NCBI GenBank assembly: GCA_043823985.1
Contig: JBDRTO010000088.1
Location: forward strand, 3,851 to 67,850
Direction: 5' to 3'
From: Pseudomonadota bacterium
Lineage (GTDB): Bacteria; Desulfobacterota; Desulfobacteria; Desulfobacterales; Desulfatibacillaceae
DNA length: 64,000 nucleotides
Part shown: piece after piece, positions 30,446 to 41,121 of the stretch
Position numbering within the stretch: the stretch's first letter is position 1
How the letters are laid out: each line of letters starts with the position of its first letter
Notes under the pieces: generated by a model
The model's database searches: none
Told to the model about the DNA's origin: nothing
What the model saw: the letters and a program-made list of their open reading frames with translations, nothing else
Position numbers and translations under genes: made by a program

Positions 30446-32311
30446 CTATTCTGAATCGGGAGCCTGGTTTTTTCCGGGCTCCCGATTTTTTTTCTCCAGG
30501 GCTTCCCGAATTTTTTTGGCCACCGTGTGGTTCATACCGGGCACGGCGGCCAGTTCCTCCTCCGAGGCATCCCGAAGCCTCTTCACGCTCTTGAATCGCC
30601 GCAGCAAGGCCTTTTTTCGCTTCTCCCCCACCCCGGGCACATCGTCTAAGACCGACCGCCGAACCGTCCGGCCCCGCTGAATCCTGTGCAGGCTGATGGC
30701 AAAACGATGGGCCTCGTCCCTCACCCGGGAGAGGAACACCAGGGCGTCCCGGTCCTTCCCGAACATCACGGGGTTGGCCTGGCCGGGGAGATAAATTTTA
30801 TCCTCCGCCTCTCCCTTTTCCTCCTCCTTCTTGGCGATGCCCGCGCAGGGAACCTTTTCGATGAGACCCAGTTCCGCTAGGACCTGAACGGCCATGGAAA
30901 GCTGCCCCCTGCCTCCGTCCACCAGGAGCAGGTCCGGCAGTGGTTCCGCCTCCTTTTCCGGGTCAAAACGCCTGGCCAGGACATGGCGCATGGCACCGTA
31001 GTCATCCCCGGACATCACATCCCGGACCTTGTAACGGCGATACGAATCCTTGTCCGGCGCGCCGTCGGAGAAAACCACCTGGCTGGCCACTGTCTGGCTA
31101 CCCTGGGTGTGGGAGACGTCAAAGCATTCCAGACGGCCCGGGGGACCGGTCAGCCGCAGCCTGCGCCCGACCTTGGCCAGGGCCTCCTTTTGGTACTCCT
31201 CACCGGAAAGGCGGCGTTCCAGGGCATCAACGGCGTTTTGCCTGGCCATGTCCGTGAGGCGCACTTTCTCTCCCCGTTGGGGAACCAGGATGCGCACCCG
31301 GCCGCCCCGGGCATCTCCCAGTCGGTCCTCCACAAAGGCCGCGTCCTCCAGGGGCTCGGAAACCAGGATTTCCGGCGGCACGAAGGCGTCCTTTTCGTAG
31401 ACCTGGAGCAGGAAATCCTGGAGCAGATTCCGGTCCTGGCTCACCGCCTCCAGAAAGGGATAGTTCCGGGAACCCACCAAAAAGCCCCCCCGCACATGGA
31501 GCATGGTGACCATGCATCCCGCGGGCCGCGCCACCAGGGCTGCCACGTCCCGGTCCTCGAAATCCGTGGTCACGGCCACCTGGCGCTCCACCGTCTTCTT
31601 GATGGCGAACATCTTGTCTCGAAATTCGGCGGCCCGCTCGAACTCCTCTCCTTCCGAGGCCAGGAGCATCTTCTCCTGGTATTTCTTGAGGAGGGAGGGG
31701 GTCTTGCCCTTGAGGAACAGGATGGCCTCCTGAATCATCTCCTGGTACTGGTCCGGGTCCACGAGAAGGCAGCAGGGGCCCAGGCAGTTGCCCATCTGAA
31801 AGTTGATGCAGGGGCGAGTGCGCCGGGGCAACTCGGGTTTTTTGCATCTGCGAATACGGAAGGTCTTGTGGATGATCTTCAACGTCTCACGGGCCGCGCC
31901 CGCAGAGGTGAACGGCCCGAAATAGCGGGCTCCGTCCTTTTTCACCTTTCTGACGATCTCCAGGCACGGATAGGGCTGGTTCTGGTCGATGCGCAGGCTG
32001 GGATAGAGCTTCCCGTCTTTCAGCACCACGTTGTACCGGGGCTTGTGGCGCTTGATAAGGTTGGATTCCAGGACCAGCGCCTCGTGAGCCGTGGCGGTCA
32101 GAATGGTCTCGAAAATGGCAATTTTGGAGACCAGGACATCCGTCTTTGGATCCCGGTTGGCGGGCCGGGCGAAGTAGGAGGAAACGCGCCTCTTCAGATT
32201 GGCGGCCTTGCCCACGTACAGGATGTTTCCGGCCTCGTTCTTCATAAGGTACACGCCGGGCCCCTGGGAGGTGGCCGCCAATTTTTCCAGAATGTGGGCT
32301 GGGGTGTCCAT
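30446..32311 (-). CDS. uvrC: excinuclease ABC subunit C
   Basis: 621 aa. GIY-YIG 'PGVYLMKNEAGNILYVGKA', a UVR domain, and a C-terminal (HhH)2 'LDDVPGVGEKRKKALL'. Confidence 0.95.
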   Translation of the reverse strand: MDTPAHILEKLAATSQGPGVYLMKNEAGNILYVGKAANLKRRVSSYFARPANRDPKTDVLVSKIAIFETILTATAHEALVLESNLIKRHKPRYNVVLKDGKLYPSLRIDQNQPYPCLEIVRKVKKDGARYFGPFTSAGAARETLKIIHKTFRIRRCKKPELPRRTRPCINFQMGNCLGPCCLLVDPDQYQEMIQEAILFLKGKTPSLLKKYQEKMLLASEGEEFERAAEFRDKMFAIKKTVERQVAVTTDFEDRDVAALVARPAGCMVTMLHVRGGFLVGSRNYPFLEAVSQDRNLLQDFLLQVYEKDAFVPPEILVSEPLEDAAFVEDRLGDARGGRVRILVPQRGEKVRLTDMARQNAVDALERRLSGEEYQKEALAKVGRRLRLTGPPGRLECFDVSHTQGSQTVASQVVFSDGAPDKDSYRRYKVRDVMSGDDYGAMRHVLARRFDPEKEAEPLPDLLLVDGGRGQLSMAVQVLAELGLIEKVPCAGIAKKEEEKGEAEDKIYLPGQANPVMFGKDRDALVFLSRVRDEAHRFAISLHRIQRGRTVRRSVLDDVPGVGEKRKKALLRRFKSVKRLRDASEEELAAVPGMNHTVAKKIREALEKKNREPGKNQAPDSE

Positions 32312-32322
32312 GGTGCGTGGCT

Positions 32323-34314
32323 CTACATCTCCAGGAGGTCTTTTTTCAGGCTCGTGATTTCATCGCGGAGCCGGGCGGCTTTTTCAAAGGAAAGCTCCCG
32401 GGCGGCCGCGCGCATCTCCTTCTCCAGATCCACGATGATCCGGGCAAGGTCCTTCCGGTTTCCATGGCTTGGGCCGGGTCCGGGATCCACGGGCACGGTG
32501 ACGTAGTCCGCCTCGTACACGGAATCGAAAATGGAGCGGATTTCCTTGCGGATGGTTTCGGGGGTGATGCCATGCTCCTGGTTGTATTCCGCCTGGACCA
32601 AGCGGCGGCGGTCGGTTTCGTCCATGGCCCGCCTCATGCTGTCCGTCACCCTGTCCGCGTAAAAAATGACCGTGCCGTTAACGTTCCGGGCTGCCCGGCC
32701 GCAAGTCTGAATGAGGGACCTCTCGGACCGGAGGAACCCTTCCTTGTCCGCGTCCAGGATGGCCACCAGGGAAACTTCGGGAATGTCCAGGCCCTCCCGC
32801 AGAAGGTTGATGCCCACCAGCACATCGAAGTTGCCCAGGCGCAACTCCCGGATGATCTCCATACGGTCCATGGTCTGGATGTCCGAGTGGAGGTACCGCA
32901 CCTGGACTCCCAGGCTCTGGTAATATTCCGTGAGATCCTCGGACATGCGCTTGGTGAGGGTGGTGACCAGGACCCGCTCACCAGCCTCCTCCCGGAGCCG
33001 AATCTCCTCCAGAAGATCGTCCACTTGGTTTCCGGCGGGCCGGACCTCCACAGCCGGGTCCATGAGGCCGGTGGGCCGCACGATCTGCTCGGCCACCGCG
33101 CCCTTGGCAACTTCCATCTCCCAGTTCCCGGGAGTGGCGGAAACGTAGACGGTCTGGGGGATTTTGTCCTCGAATTCCTCGAACTGCAAGGGCCGGTTGT
33201 CCAGGGCTGAGGGAAGCCGGAAACCGAATTCCACCAGGGTCTGTTTCCTGGACCGGTCTCCCCGGTACATACCCCGCACCTGGGGCACGCCGATGTGGGA
33301 TTCGTCGATGAAAAGAAGCATGTCCGGAGGAAAGTAATCGATGAGGGTGTAGGGTGGTGATCCCTCCTTGCGGCCCGTCAGGTGCCGGGCGTAGTTCTCG
33401 ATGCCCGTGCAATAGCCAAGCTCGTGCATCATTTCCAGGTCGTAACCCGTGCGTTCCTCGATGCGCTGAGCCTCAATGAGTTTGTTCTGGTCCCGAAAAT
33501 GATTCACTCGGTCCTTCAGTTCCTTCCGGACCGCATCCATGGCCCGCACCAGGGTCCGGCGGGTGGTGACGTAGTGGCTGGCCGGGTAGATCATGACCCG
33601 GGAAAGGCTCCTCTTGACCGTTCCGCGCAGGGGGTCGATTTCCGCGATGCTCTCGATTTCATCCCCGAAGAACTCCACTCGCACGGCCTGGTCCTCTTCG
33701 TAGGCCGGGAAGATTTCCACCCGGTCCCCCCGGACCCGGAATACGCCCCGGTGAAAGTCTATGTCATTGCGTTCGTACTGCATGGCCACAAGGTCCTTCA
33801 GCATCCTGTCCCGGTTCACCTCGGTTCCGGCCTCCAGGGAAAGGCGCATGGCCACGTAGTCCTCGGGCGCGCCCAGGCCGAATATACAGGATACGGATGC
33901 CACCACGATGACATCCCGCCGGGTCAGCACCGAACGAGTGGCCGAGTGGCGCAGCTTGTCGATCATCTCGTTGATGGAGGAGTCTTTCTGGATATAGGTG
34001 TCAGAGTTGGGGAGATAGGCCTCGGGCTGGTAGTAGTCGTAGTAGGAAACAAAGTATTCCACCGCGTTTTCGGGGAAAAGCTGGCGGAATTCGTTGTAGA
34101 GTTGAGCGGCCAGGGTCTTGTTGGGAGCGATGACCAGGGAGGGTTTTTCCACCCGGGCGATGACTTGAGCCATGGTGAAAGTCTTGCCCGAACCTGTGAC
34201 GCCCAGGAGCACCTGGTGGGGCTTGCCCGTAAGCACACCCTGGGAAAGGATCTCAATGGCCTGGGGCTGGTCGCCCTTGGGCGTGAATTCGCTGGTGAGT
34301 TGAAAAAGGGACAT
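32323..34314 (-). CDS. uvrB: excinuclease ABC subunit B
   Basis: The internal ATG 34314 gives '[20 protein letters not shown]...[12 protein letters not shown]', plus a C-terminal UVR motif. The upstream part of the ORF is repeat-encoded and not protein. Confidence 0.95.
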   Translation of the reverse strand: MSLFQLTSEFTPKGDQPQAIEILSQGVLTGKPHQVLLGVTGSGKTFTMAQVIARVEKPSLVIAPNKTLAAQLYNEFRQLFPENAVEYFVSYYDYYQPEAYLPNSDTYIQKDSSINEMIDKLRHSATRSVLTRRDVIVVASVSCIFGLGAPEDYVAMRLSLEAGTEVNRDRMLKDLVAMQYERNDIDFHRGVFRVRGDRVEIFPAYEEDQAVRVEFFGDEIESIAEIDPLRGTVKRSLSRVMIYPASHYVTTRRTLVRAMDAVRKELKDRVNHFRDQNKLIEAQRIEERTGYDLEMMHELGYCTGIENYARHLTGRKEGSPPYTLIDYFPPDMLLFIDESHIGVPQVRGMYRGDRSRKQTLVEFGFRLPSALDNRPLQFEEFEDKIPQTVYVSATPGNWEMEVAKGAVAEQIVRPTGLMDPAVEVRPAGNQVDDLLEEIRLREEAGERVLVTTLTKRMSEDLTEYYQSLGVQVRYLHSDIQTMDRMEIIRELRLGNFDVLVGINLLREGLDIPEVSLVAILDADKEGFLRSERSLIQTCGRAARNVNGTVIFYADRVTDSMRRAMDETDRRRLVQAEYNQEHGITPETIRKEIRSIFDSVYEADYVTVPVDPGPGPSHGNRKDLARIIVDLEKEMRAAARELSFEKAARLRDEITSLKKDLLEM

Positions 34315-34433
34315 GAAGACGCTTTCCCTTGCCAACCGCGCAAGGGCTTGTGCGGGTTGTTCCCGGAAACCGGATAGGTCAAAAAATGATGGAGATGCAA
34401 CAAGTCCAAAATCTACCGAAATCGTCATTCCGG

Positions 34434-34510
34434 CGAAGGCCGGAATCCAGTTTTTCAAGTTGTTACAAAAACCCTGGATCCCGGCCTTCGCCGGGATGAC
34501 GACCTGTTGT
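34434..34510. repeat. REP/MITE-like palindromic intergenic element
   Basis: Arms GTCATTCCGGCGAAGGCCGGAATCCAG (34434-34460) and CTGGATCCCGGCCTTCGCCGGGATGAC (34484-34510) are nearly perfect inverted repeats, and each contains its own CCGGC-GAA-GCCGG hairpin. The element translates to the well-known artefactual 'IPAKAGIQ...IPAFAGMT' peptides. Confidence 0.7.
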
Positions 34511-34581
34511 ATCTCCATCAAAAGATAAGAAGCTGAAGGCCCCCCTGTCCCCCCTTGCCAAAGGGGGGAAGAAAGGATGGA

Positions 34582-36003
34582 TCAGGCAAGCTTCCAGGTG
34601 GTCTTGCCCTGTGCGTCTTGGAGAATCACCCCTTTTTGGGCCAGTTGATCCCGGATGGTGTCTGCCAAAGCAAAATCCCGGTTCTTTCGGGCCTGGTTCC
34701 GAAGCTCGATCTGCATCTCGATCTCCTCCGGGTCCAAGCCCTTGTCCTGCACGGCCTTTTGGGAAGCCGCTTGGAAGAAAGCCTCCGGGTCCTCCCCAAA
34801 CAGGCCCAGGGTCTTGCCCATGCCCGCCACGGCCGCCCGGATGCCGGAAAGCTCGGCAGCGTGTTTTTTCGGATCCTCGTCCAGAAGTCGGTTGGCCTGG
34901 CGCACGGCCTCGAAGGTTATGCCCAGGGCACCGGCCGTGTTGAAGTCATCGTCCATGGCCTGGACGAACCGGGCCGGCCAGTCGTCTCCGTCCCCATCGC
35001 CGGGTCCCACGGCTTCCTGGATGCGCTTCAGGCAGGCGTAAATCCTTTCCAGGGCCCCGCCCGCCTCAGCCATGGCTTCGGGGGTGAAATCCACGGGGCT
35101 CCGGTAGTGCTTGGACAGGAGGAACATGCGGATGGTCTCGGGATGGTGTTCGGACAGCACATCCCGAATGGTGCGGAAGTTGCCCAGGGACTTGGACATC
35201 TTTTCCTGGTCGATGTTCACGAAACCGTTGTGGACCCAGAATCGGACAAAAGTCTTGCCAAAGGCCGCCTCGCTCTGGGCGATCTCGTTTTCGTGGTGGG
35301 GGAAGATGAGGTCCTGGCCGCCACCGTGGATGTCAAAGGTGACGCCCAGATGGGAATGTCCCATGGCGGAGCATTCGATGTGCCAACCGGGGCGACCCGG
35401 ACTCCAGGGGCTCTCCCAGTTCGGCTCGCCGGGTTTGGACGCCTTCCACAGGGCAAAATCAAAGGGGTCTTCCTTGCGCTTGTCCACCTCCACCCGGGCT
35501 CCGGCCTCCATATCCTCCAGTTTGCGGCCCGAAAGTTTGCCATACCCGGAAAAGGCCCGCACCCGAAAGTACACGTCTCCGTCCACCACGTAGGCGGACC
35601 CTTTTTCCAGAAGACTTTGGACCAGCTGGATGATCTCCTGGATGTGCTCCGTGGCCCGGGGCTCCCGGCTGGGCCGGAGCACGCCCAGGGCGTCCATGTC
35701 CTCATGAAACTCCCGGATGTAGCGCTCGGCCACCTCCCGGGACTCCACCCCGGTCTCCTGGGCCCGGCGGATGATCTTGTCGTCCACGTCCGTGAAGTTG
35801 CGCACGTACAGCACGTCCCATCCCTTGGACATCAGGTGCCGGAACACCACGTCGAAAACCACGGCGCTCCGGGCGTGCCCCATATGGGCCGCGTCGTAGA
35901 CCGTGGGGCCGCACACGTACATGCGGACCTTTCCGGGGACAGCGGGGACGAACTCTTCCTTCTTCCGGGCCAGGGTGTTGTAGATCAGCATATGGTTCCC
36001 CAT
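34582..36003 (-). CDS. cysS: cysteine--tRNA ligase
   Basis: 'MYVCGPTVYDAAHMGHAR' (HIGH region) and 'KMSKSLGN' (KMSKS). Start is 36003 or 35991. Confidence 0.95.
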   Translation of the reverse strand: MGNHMLIYNTLARKKEEFVPAVPGKVRMYVCGPTVYDAAHMGHARSAVVFDVVFRHLMSKGWDVLYVRNFTDVDDKIIRRAQETGVESREVAERYIREFHEDMDALGVLRPSREPRATEHIQEIIQLVQSLLEKGSAYVVDGDVYFRVRAFSGYGKLSGRKLEDMEAGARVEVDKRKEDPFDFALWKASKPGEPNWESPWSPGRPGWHIECSAMGHSHLGVTFDIHGGGQDLIFPHHENEIAQSEAAFGKTFVRFWVHNGFVNIDQEKMSKSLGNFRTIRDVLSEHHPETIRMFLLSKHYRSPVDFTPEAMAEAGGALERIYACLKRIQEAVGPGDGDGDDWPARFVQAMDDDFNTAGALGITFEAVRQANRLLDEDPKKHAAELSGIRAAVAGMGKTLGLFGEDPEAFFQAASQKAVQDKGLDPEEIEMQIELRNQARKNRDFALADTIRDQLAQKGVILQDAQGKTTWKLA

Positions 36004-36022
36004 TTGGGCCTTTCCCGCCCGA

Positions 36023-36520
36023 TCATCCTTGGGTTTGCCCGGCTCCGGCGGTCTTTTCGATCAGGGCCACACAGGTCGCGGCCATGCCCTCTTCCCGCCC
36101 GGTGATCCCGAGTCCCTCGGTGGTGGTGGCCTTGACATTGACCCGGCCGGATTCGATCCCAAGGGCCCGGGCGATGTTTTCAGCCATTTGCTTCTTATAA
36201 GAAGAAATTTTGGGTTTCTCGGCAACCAGCGTGGCATCCAGGTTCCCAACGCAAAAACCGAGCGCCCGGAGTTTGTTCCCCGTTTCCTCAAGCAACGCCA
36301 GGCTTGGGATGCCCTTGTAAGCCGGGTCCGTGTCCGGGAAGTGCTCGCCCAAATCCCCCAGGCCAGCAGCCCCCAAAAGGGCATCGCACACCGCGTGAAG
36401 GAGTACATCCGCGTCCGAATAGCCAAAAAGCCCCAGATGATGAGGGATCTCCACACCCCCCAGGATCAGGGGCCGCCCGGGCACCAGCCGGTGAACGTCG
36501 TACCCGTACCCGATGCGCAT
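36023..36520 (-). CDS. ispF: 2-C-methyl-D-erythritol 2,4-cyclodiphosphate synthase
   Basis: Internal ATG 36520. 'MRIGYGYDVHRL...GYSDADVLLHAVCDALLGA...GDLGEHFPDTD' is the IspF signature. Confidence 0.95.
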   Translation of the reverse strand: MRIGYGYDVHRLVPGRPLILGGVEIPHHLGLFGYSDADVLLHAVCDALLGAAGLGDLGEHFPDTDPAYKGIPSLALLEETGNKLRALGFCVGNLDATLVAEKPKISSYKKQMAENIARALGIESGRVNVKATTTEGLGITGREEGMAATCVALIEKTAGAGQTQG

Positions 36521-36542
36521 GAATGCACCTCCCTTGCCGTTG

Positions 36543-39314
36543 CTATCCGTGAAGAATGATGCCCGAGGGCAAAGCCTCCCCGAACATGGCATCCTCATCC
36601 CGCCGGTCCATGGGAATCACTTCGCTCACCATCCGTTTCCATTCCGTGGCAAAGTCCCAGGTTGAGAGCCAGTCCGCAACCCGATTAAGGAACACATCCT
36701 CAAGATCACGTTTCCGGTCCCCGGTACGCCGGGCCATGTGGGCCACGGCCTGGGCCGCCGGCTTCGCGTTCTTCCAGTCGGACTTCATGACGCGGCTCAC
36801 CCATTCCTGGGCTTCCTGGGCAGGGATCACCCGATCCAGGGGGCCGTACAGCAGCCCCCGGGCCCCCAGGCGGGACAGGGACCACAGGAGTTGGGCCGGG
36901 GATTTTTTCGGATTCAGTTCCTTCAGGAGATGGCGTCCGAAAACGGTTTTGTCCTTCACGGAAAGGCGCTCCAGGTTGGCCAGGAGCATCCACATCTCCA
37001 CGGATTCATGGGCCGGGATTTTGGTGGTCACGGATTTTTTCGGCCTAAGCATGGAGGAAAGCTCCTGGAGCACCTGACGTTGATGCCCGGCTGAAAGGCC
37101 ACCAGCAACCCGCCGCCAGAGCACCCACCACTCCATGCGCACCTGGGGGTTTTTACCGAATGCCGGGCCTTTCTGGAACAAGGGCCACAAGGTCTTGATC
37201 CGGTGCTCGTCAATGGCCTCCCCAAACCCCGGCCGAAGACAGAAACCCGTGAGGTTCAGCCACCGGGCTTCGTGATCAGCCGAAAGCCTGCGGCCGTCCG
37301 TTACTTCCAGAAGATCCTCCCCTAACCTCCGGATAAGGCCCAGGGGCCACTTGCCCCGGGGAGTCTCCAGGACGTCGGCCAGGGCATTGGCCAGCCTTTC
37401 CGGGGCTACTACGGCAGAGTCCCCGGCCTTGTACACGCCCCGGATGAGTTCCCGGGCCTTGTGGACCGTCTCCTCCTCGAAAACCTGGTCATCCGCAACG
37501 TCCAGGGCCAGGTCCGCGTCCCGGAGCTGGAAGGAAAGACGCCACTGGTGATCCGTGTTCCTGGACCGGCACCACAGGGCCAGGGTGCCCAATTCCGTGT
37601 AATGGGCCTCCAGGTTCACGGGAATGGCGGTCTGCCCGGCCTTTTTCCCGAACTGAATCACTGTGCGGATGGGGGGCAACAGGGTCAGAGTGTCATCGAT
37701 GTCGATGATGTCGCCGCTCCTGTCCCCGGAACGGAAGGAAGAGGAATATACGGTGAAACTTACGGGCTGGTTGGCCAGGACCGTGAACTCCCGGTCTTCC
37801 AGGGGAATCCGGCTGCCCTCCTCCACCCCGCGTTCCATGAGGCAGATGGCTTTTTCCGGTTTTCCTCCGGCCTCGGGGCCGCCCAGGGCCAGGTAGTAGC
37901 CCCGGGCGCTGCCCGAGCCAACCCGGACGCCCTTGCCAGCCTTCACAAGTCCATAGTAGGCCGCGCCCCGGGAAACAGCGAGGTCCAGATCCGGGTTTTC
38001 CAGGACCCGGGGCTGGGCGTCGGCGTGAAACCAGTGCCGGATGCCCTCCCGGATGCGATTCTGGATGATGCCGGGCTTGAGGGCTCCTCCGTTGAAAAGG
38101 ATGAGGTCCGGGTACGGCACTTCCCGCCCCAGGAACTCCTTCACGTCCGCCGCATGGCGTTCCAGGAACCGGCAGATGTGGCGGTTGATGACCGCGTCCT
38201 GGGCATAGGGCAGACCGAATTCCGTGATCCCCGCCTTCTGGGCCGCAGGGCCGGGGTCCGAGGCCTCCACCAGGGGGAAAAACCCCTCCAGGATGGCGGT
38301 TTCGATCTCCTCCCGGTCGAGGACAGCCGAAAGGGTTCCGGCAATGAGCCGTCCGCCCTCGCCCATGAGGGTCACGGTGTACGAGTCCGCCTGGCCCGAA
38401 AGGATGGTTTCCTTGGCCATGCGGCACTGATGGCACAGGGCTTGCCAGCGGTTGGCGTTCAAGGAAAAAGTCTGGCCCTTCTTCATGCGGGCCTCGGTTT
38501 GCCGGGCCAGGGCCAAGTCGATGTTGTCGCCGCCAAGAATCAGGTGGTCGCCCACGGCGATGCGCTCAAACCGGGGATGCCCGTCCACGTCCCGTAGGGT
38601 GATGAGGGTGAAGTCGCTGGTTCCGCCCCCCACGTCCACAGCCAGAATGAGTTCGCCGGGGGACACATGGCGGTCCCAGTCGTTTTCGTGGAACACGAGC
38701 CAGGAGTAGAAGGCGGCCAGGGGTTCTTCCAGGAGGGTGATCTCCGGGATGCCGGCCACGCGCGCGGCCTCCACAGTGAAGTCCCGGGCCACCTGGTCAA
38801 AGGACGCGGGAACCGTGATGATGACATTCTGGTTTTCCAAAAACAGGTCTTCGTCTTCCCCCTGGAAATGGTTCCACGCAGCCCGCAGGTGGGCGAGATA
38901 GGCAGCCGTAGCCGCCACGGGGGAAAGCTTGTCCACGCCCTGGTCAGCCGCCCACGGCAGGATGGGTGCCGTTCTGTCCACCTGGGAATGACAGAGCCAG
39001 CTCTTGGCCGAGGCCACCAAACGCCCGGGCACCCGGGAACCCTGTTCCCGGGCCAGGATCCCCGCCACCGTGGCCGGCTCCAGGTCCCAGGGAAGAGCCA
39101 GTTCAGCCCGGTTCACATCGTACTTGCCCGGGAGGTACAAAAAGGAGGGGAGCACATTGGACTGGCCCACTTCGCCGCCGCCCACCAATTGGGGGACAGG
39201 CAGGACGTGGATCCGGTTCTTGCCACTATCCTTTTCCAAATCCACCCAGGACAGGGCTGAGTTGGTGGTGCCGAGATCAATCCCGATGAGGAACCGGCGT
39301 TCACGAAGCTCCAA
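36543..39314 (-). CDS. atypical Hsp70-family protein, 923 aa, with about 350-aa non-canonical C-terminal extension
   Basis: 'IGIDLGTTNSALS' (phosphate-1) and 'VDVGGGTSDFTLI' (phosphate-2) are present. The C-terminal third has no DnaK-like lid. Its start overlaps the upstream Hsp70 gene by 14 nt. Confidence 0.85.
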   Translation of the reverse strand: MELRERRFLIGIDLGTTNSALSWVDLEKDSGKNRIHVLPVPQLVGGGEVGQSNVLPSFLYLPGKYDVNRAELALPWDLEPATVAGILAREQGSRVPGRLVASAKSWLCHSQVDRTAPILPWAADQGVDKLSPVAATAAYLAHLRAAWNHFQGEDEDLFLENQNVIITVPASFDQVARDFTVEAARVAGIPEITLLEEPLAAFYSWLVFHENDWDRHVSPGELILAVDVGGGTSDFTLITLRDVDGHPRFERIAVGDHLILGGDNIDLALARQTEARMKKGQTFSLNANRWQALCHQCRMAKETILSGQADSYTVTLMGEGGRLIAGTLSAVLDREEIETAILEGFFPLVEASDPGPAAQKAGITEFGLPYAQDAVINRHICRFLERHAADVKEFLGREVPYPDLILFNGGALKPGIIQNRIREGIRHWFHADAQPRVLENPDLDLAVSRGAAYYGLVKAGKGVRVGSGSARGYYLALGGPEAGGKPEKAICLMERGVEEGSRIPLEDREFTVLANQPVSFTVYSSSFRSGDRSGDIIDIDDTLTLLPPIRTVIQFGKKAGQTAIPVNLEAHYTELGTLALWCRSRNTDHQWRLSFQLRDADLALDVADDQVFEEETVHKARELIRGVYKAGDSAVVAPERLANALADVLETPRGKWPLGLIRRLGEDLLEVTDGRRLSADHEARWLNLTGFCLRPGFGEAIDEHRIKTLWPLFQKGPAFGKNPQVRMEWWVLWRRVAGGLSAGHQRQVLQELSSMLRPKKSVTTKIPAHESVEMWMLLANLERLSVKDKTVFGRHLLKELNPKKSPAQLLWSLSRLGARGLLYGPLDRVIPAQEAQEWVSRVMKSDWKNAKPAAQAVAHMARRTGDRKRDLEDVFLNRVADWLSTWDFATEWKRMVSEVIPMDRRDEDAMFGEALPSGIILHG

Positions 39315-41109
39315 GGTCGTCCCTCTCCCGCACGGAAAATTCCAGCTTCCACTTCTTGTCCGACTTTTCGGACACGCACCAGAGTTCCAGAGTGCCCACC
39401 TCCGTGGCCTGGACTTCCAGGGTCACGGGCATCACCTCGCCCGCCTCACCGTCCAGCATGGTCATCAAAGTGTCCACGGGCTCGATTTCCTTTTCCCAGT
39501 CATCCACCACGTTTCCTGCTTTGTCATCCTTGCGCTGGGTGGAGGCCAGGAGTTCGAACCGGACATCCTCCCCCACCACCAGGCCAAACCGGGCCTCGGA
39601 AAGGGAACTCCCGGTGCCCTCTTCCATGCCGAAAGGGGCGACGCACAGGGCCCGCACCGGCGCGGACATGCCCGGCACGGCAGGCATGGAAGCTTCCACA
39701 CCGATGTAGTACGCCCGGTTCAGCCCGCCCCGGATACGCACGGCAGCCCCCCGCCGGGCCAGTCCGTAATAGGCCGCTCCCGTGGCCACGGAGAGGTCGT
39801 ACTGGGCACCGGAAAGCTCCCGCACACCGCCATCGTCCCACGAGTCCAGCACGGCCTTCACCCGGTCCCGAAAGGCCGGAGCCTTCATCACGCCGCCGTT
39901 GAAAAGAATGGCCGTGGGCACCCCGTTGCCGAATTTCGCAAGAAATGAGGCCAGGTGACAGGTTACCGAGGGGTCGGATTCATAAATCAGACCCAATTCC
40001 CGCATGCCCATGCGATTGCTCTGGACGGGCCGGGCGCCTTTTTCGCAAAACGGCAAAAACCCGTCCGAAAGGGTCTTTTGGATTTCCTCCCGGGTCAATT
40101 CGGTTTTGATGGTGCCCGCGATGAGCCCGGAACCCCGGCCCAGGACCGTGATGGGTGCGGACTCCACATCCTCTCCGGACAAAAGTTTTTCCTTGGCGTT
40201 CCGGCAACTCTGCCACAGGCCGCGCATCTGCCAGGCATCGAGCTTTTTTCCCTGGGACGACAGCTTGGCCGCCACCACATGGGCCAGGGTAAGATCCATG
40301 TTGTCCCCGCCCACCAGGAGGTGTTCGCCCACGGCCACACGCTCCAGGGCCAGGTCGCCCTCCTCCTGGCTCACCTGGATGAGGGAAAAGTCGCTGGTGC
40401 CGCCGCCCACATCGCACACCAGGACCAGATCCCCTACGTCCACCTGCTCCCGCCAATTGTCCCGGGACTGCCAAATCCAGGAGTAGAAGGCCGCCTGGGG
40501 CTCCTCCAGGAGGGTCACCCTTTCCATGCCCGCCATCTGGGCCGCCCGGACCGTGAGTTCCCGGGCCACGGCGTCAAAAGACGCGGGTACGGTGAGGTGG
40601 ATTTCCTGGTTCTCCAGAAGCGCTTCTTCCCCTTGTGCCGCCATCTCGTGGTTCCAGGCGCTCCGTATGTGGGAAAGCACGGCCGCCGAGGCTTCCACGG
40701 GAGAGAGCTTCCCTTGGGGAGGCTCCTCCGCACCCCATGGCAGGGTTTTTTCGTTCCGGTCCACTCGATGGTTGGCCAGCCAGCTCTTGGCCGAGGAGAT
40801 GAGACGGTGGGGAATTTCCGCGCCTCGGTCCCGGGCGAAAGCACCCACGGCCCGGCTGGAATCCGGGTCCCAGGGAAGCGCGAGTCCTCCCTCGGGCACA
40901 TCGTGAGGCCCGGGAAGAAGCACAAAAGAAGGTAGGGTTGCGGACTTGTCCACGGTTCCGGGCGCGATCAATTGAGGAATCTCAAACACCCGGATGGCGG
41001 GATGCTCGCCCTTTTCTGCGGACGATTCGGTCCAGGCAACCACGCTGTTGGTGGTGCCCAGGTCAATGCCGACGACGTACTTGGAATCAGCCAAGGCGGA
41101 TTTCCTCAA
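39301..41109 (-). CDS. atypical Hsp70-family protein, 602 aa
   Basis: 'VGIDLGTTNSVVAW' and 'CDVGGGTSDFSLI' are present. There is no EEVD or DnaK-type C-terminus. Confidence 0.85.
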   Translation of the reverse strand: MRKSALADSKYVVGIDLGTTNSVVAWTESSAEKGEHPAIRVFEIPQLIAPGTVDKSATLPSFVLLPGPHDVPEGGLALPWDPDSSRAVGAFARDRGAEIPHRLISSAKSWLANHRVDRNEKTLPWGAEEPPQGKLSPVEASAAVLSHIRSAWNHEMAAQGEEALLENQEIHLTVPASFDAVARELTVRAAQMAGMERVTLLEEPQAAFYSWIWQSRDNWREQVDVGDLVLVCDVGGGTSDFSLIQVSQEEGDLALERVAVGEHLLVGGDNMDLTLAHVVAAKLSSQGKKLDAWQMRGLWQSCRNAKEKLLSGEDVESAPITVLGRGSGLIAGTIKTELTREEIQKTLSDGFLPFCEKGARPVQSNRMGMRELGLIYESDPSVTCHLASFLAKFGNGVPTAILFNGGVMKAPAFRDRVKAVLDSWDDGGVRELSGAQYDLSVATGAAYYGLARRGAAVRIRGGLNRAYYIGVEASMPAVPGMSAPVRALCVAPFGMEEGTGSSLSEARFGLVVGEDVRFELLASTQRKDDKAGNVVDDWEKEIEPVDTLMTMLDGEAGEVMPVTLEVQATEVGTLELWCVSEKSDKKWKLEFSVRERDDLGAS

Positions 41110-41121
41110 ACTTTCCGGTTC

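Noticed and set aside
30983-32506. 507-aa ORF antisense to uvrC
   Set aside because: uvrC is unambiguous on the opposite strand. The composition is typical of a GC-rich antisense frame.
34315-34521. 69-codon N-terminal extension of the uvrB ORF ('[16 protein letters not shown]…WIPAFAGMT…')
   Set aside because: It is encoded by the REP-like palindrome. Canonical UvrB begins at '[10 protein letters not shown]' (34314).
34555-36105. 516-aa ORF antisense to cysS/ispF
   Set aside because: cysS (HIGH/KMSKS) and ispF are unambiguous on the minus strand, so this is a shadow ORF.
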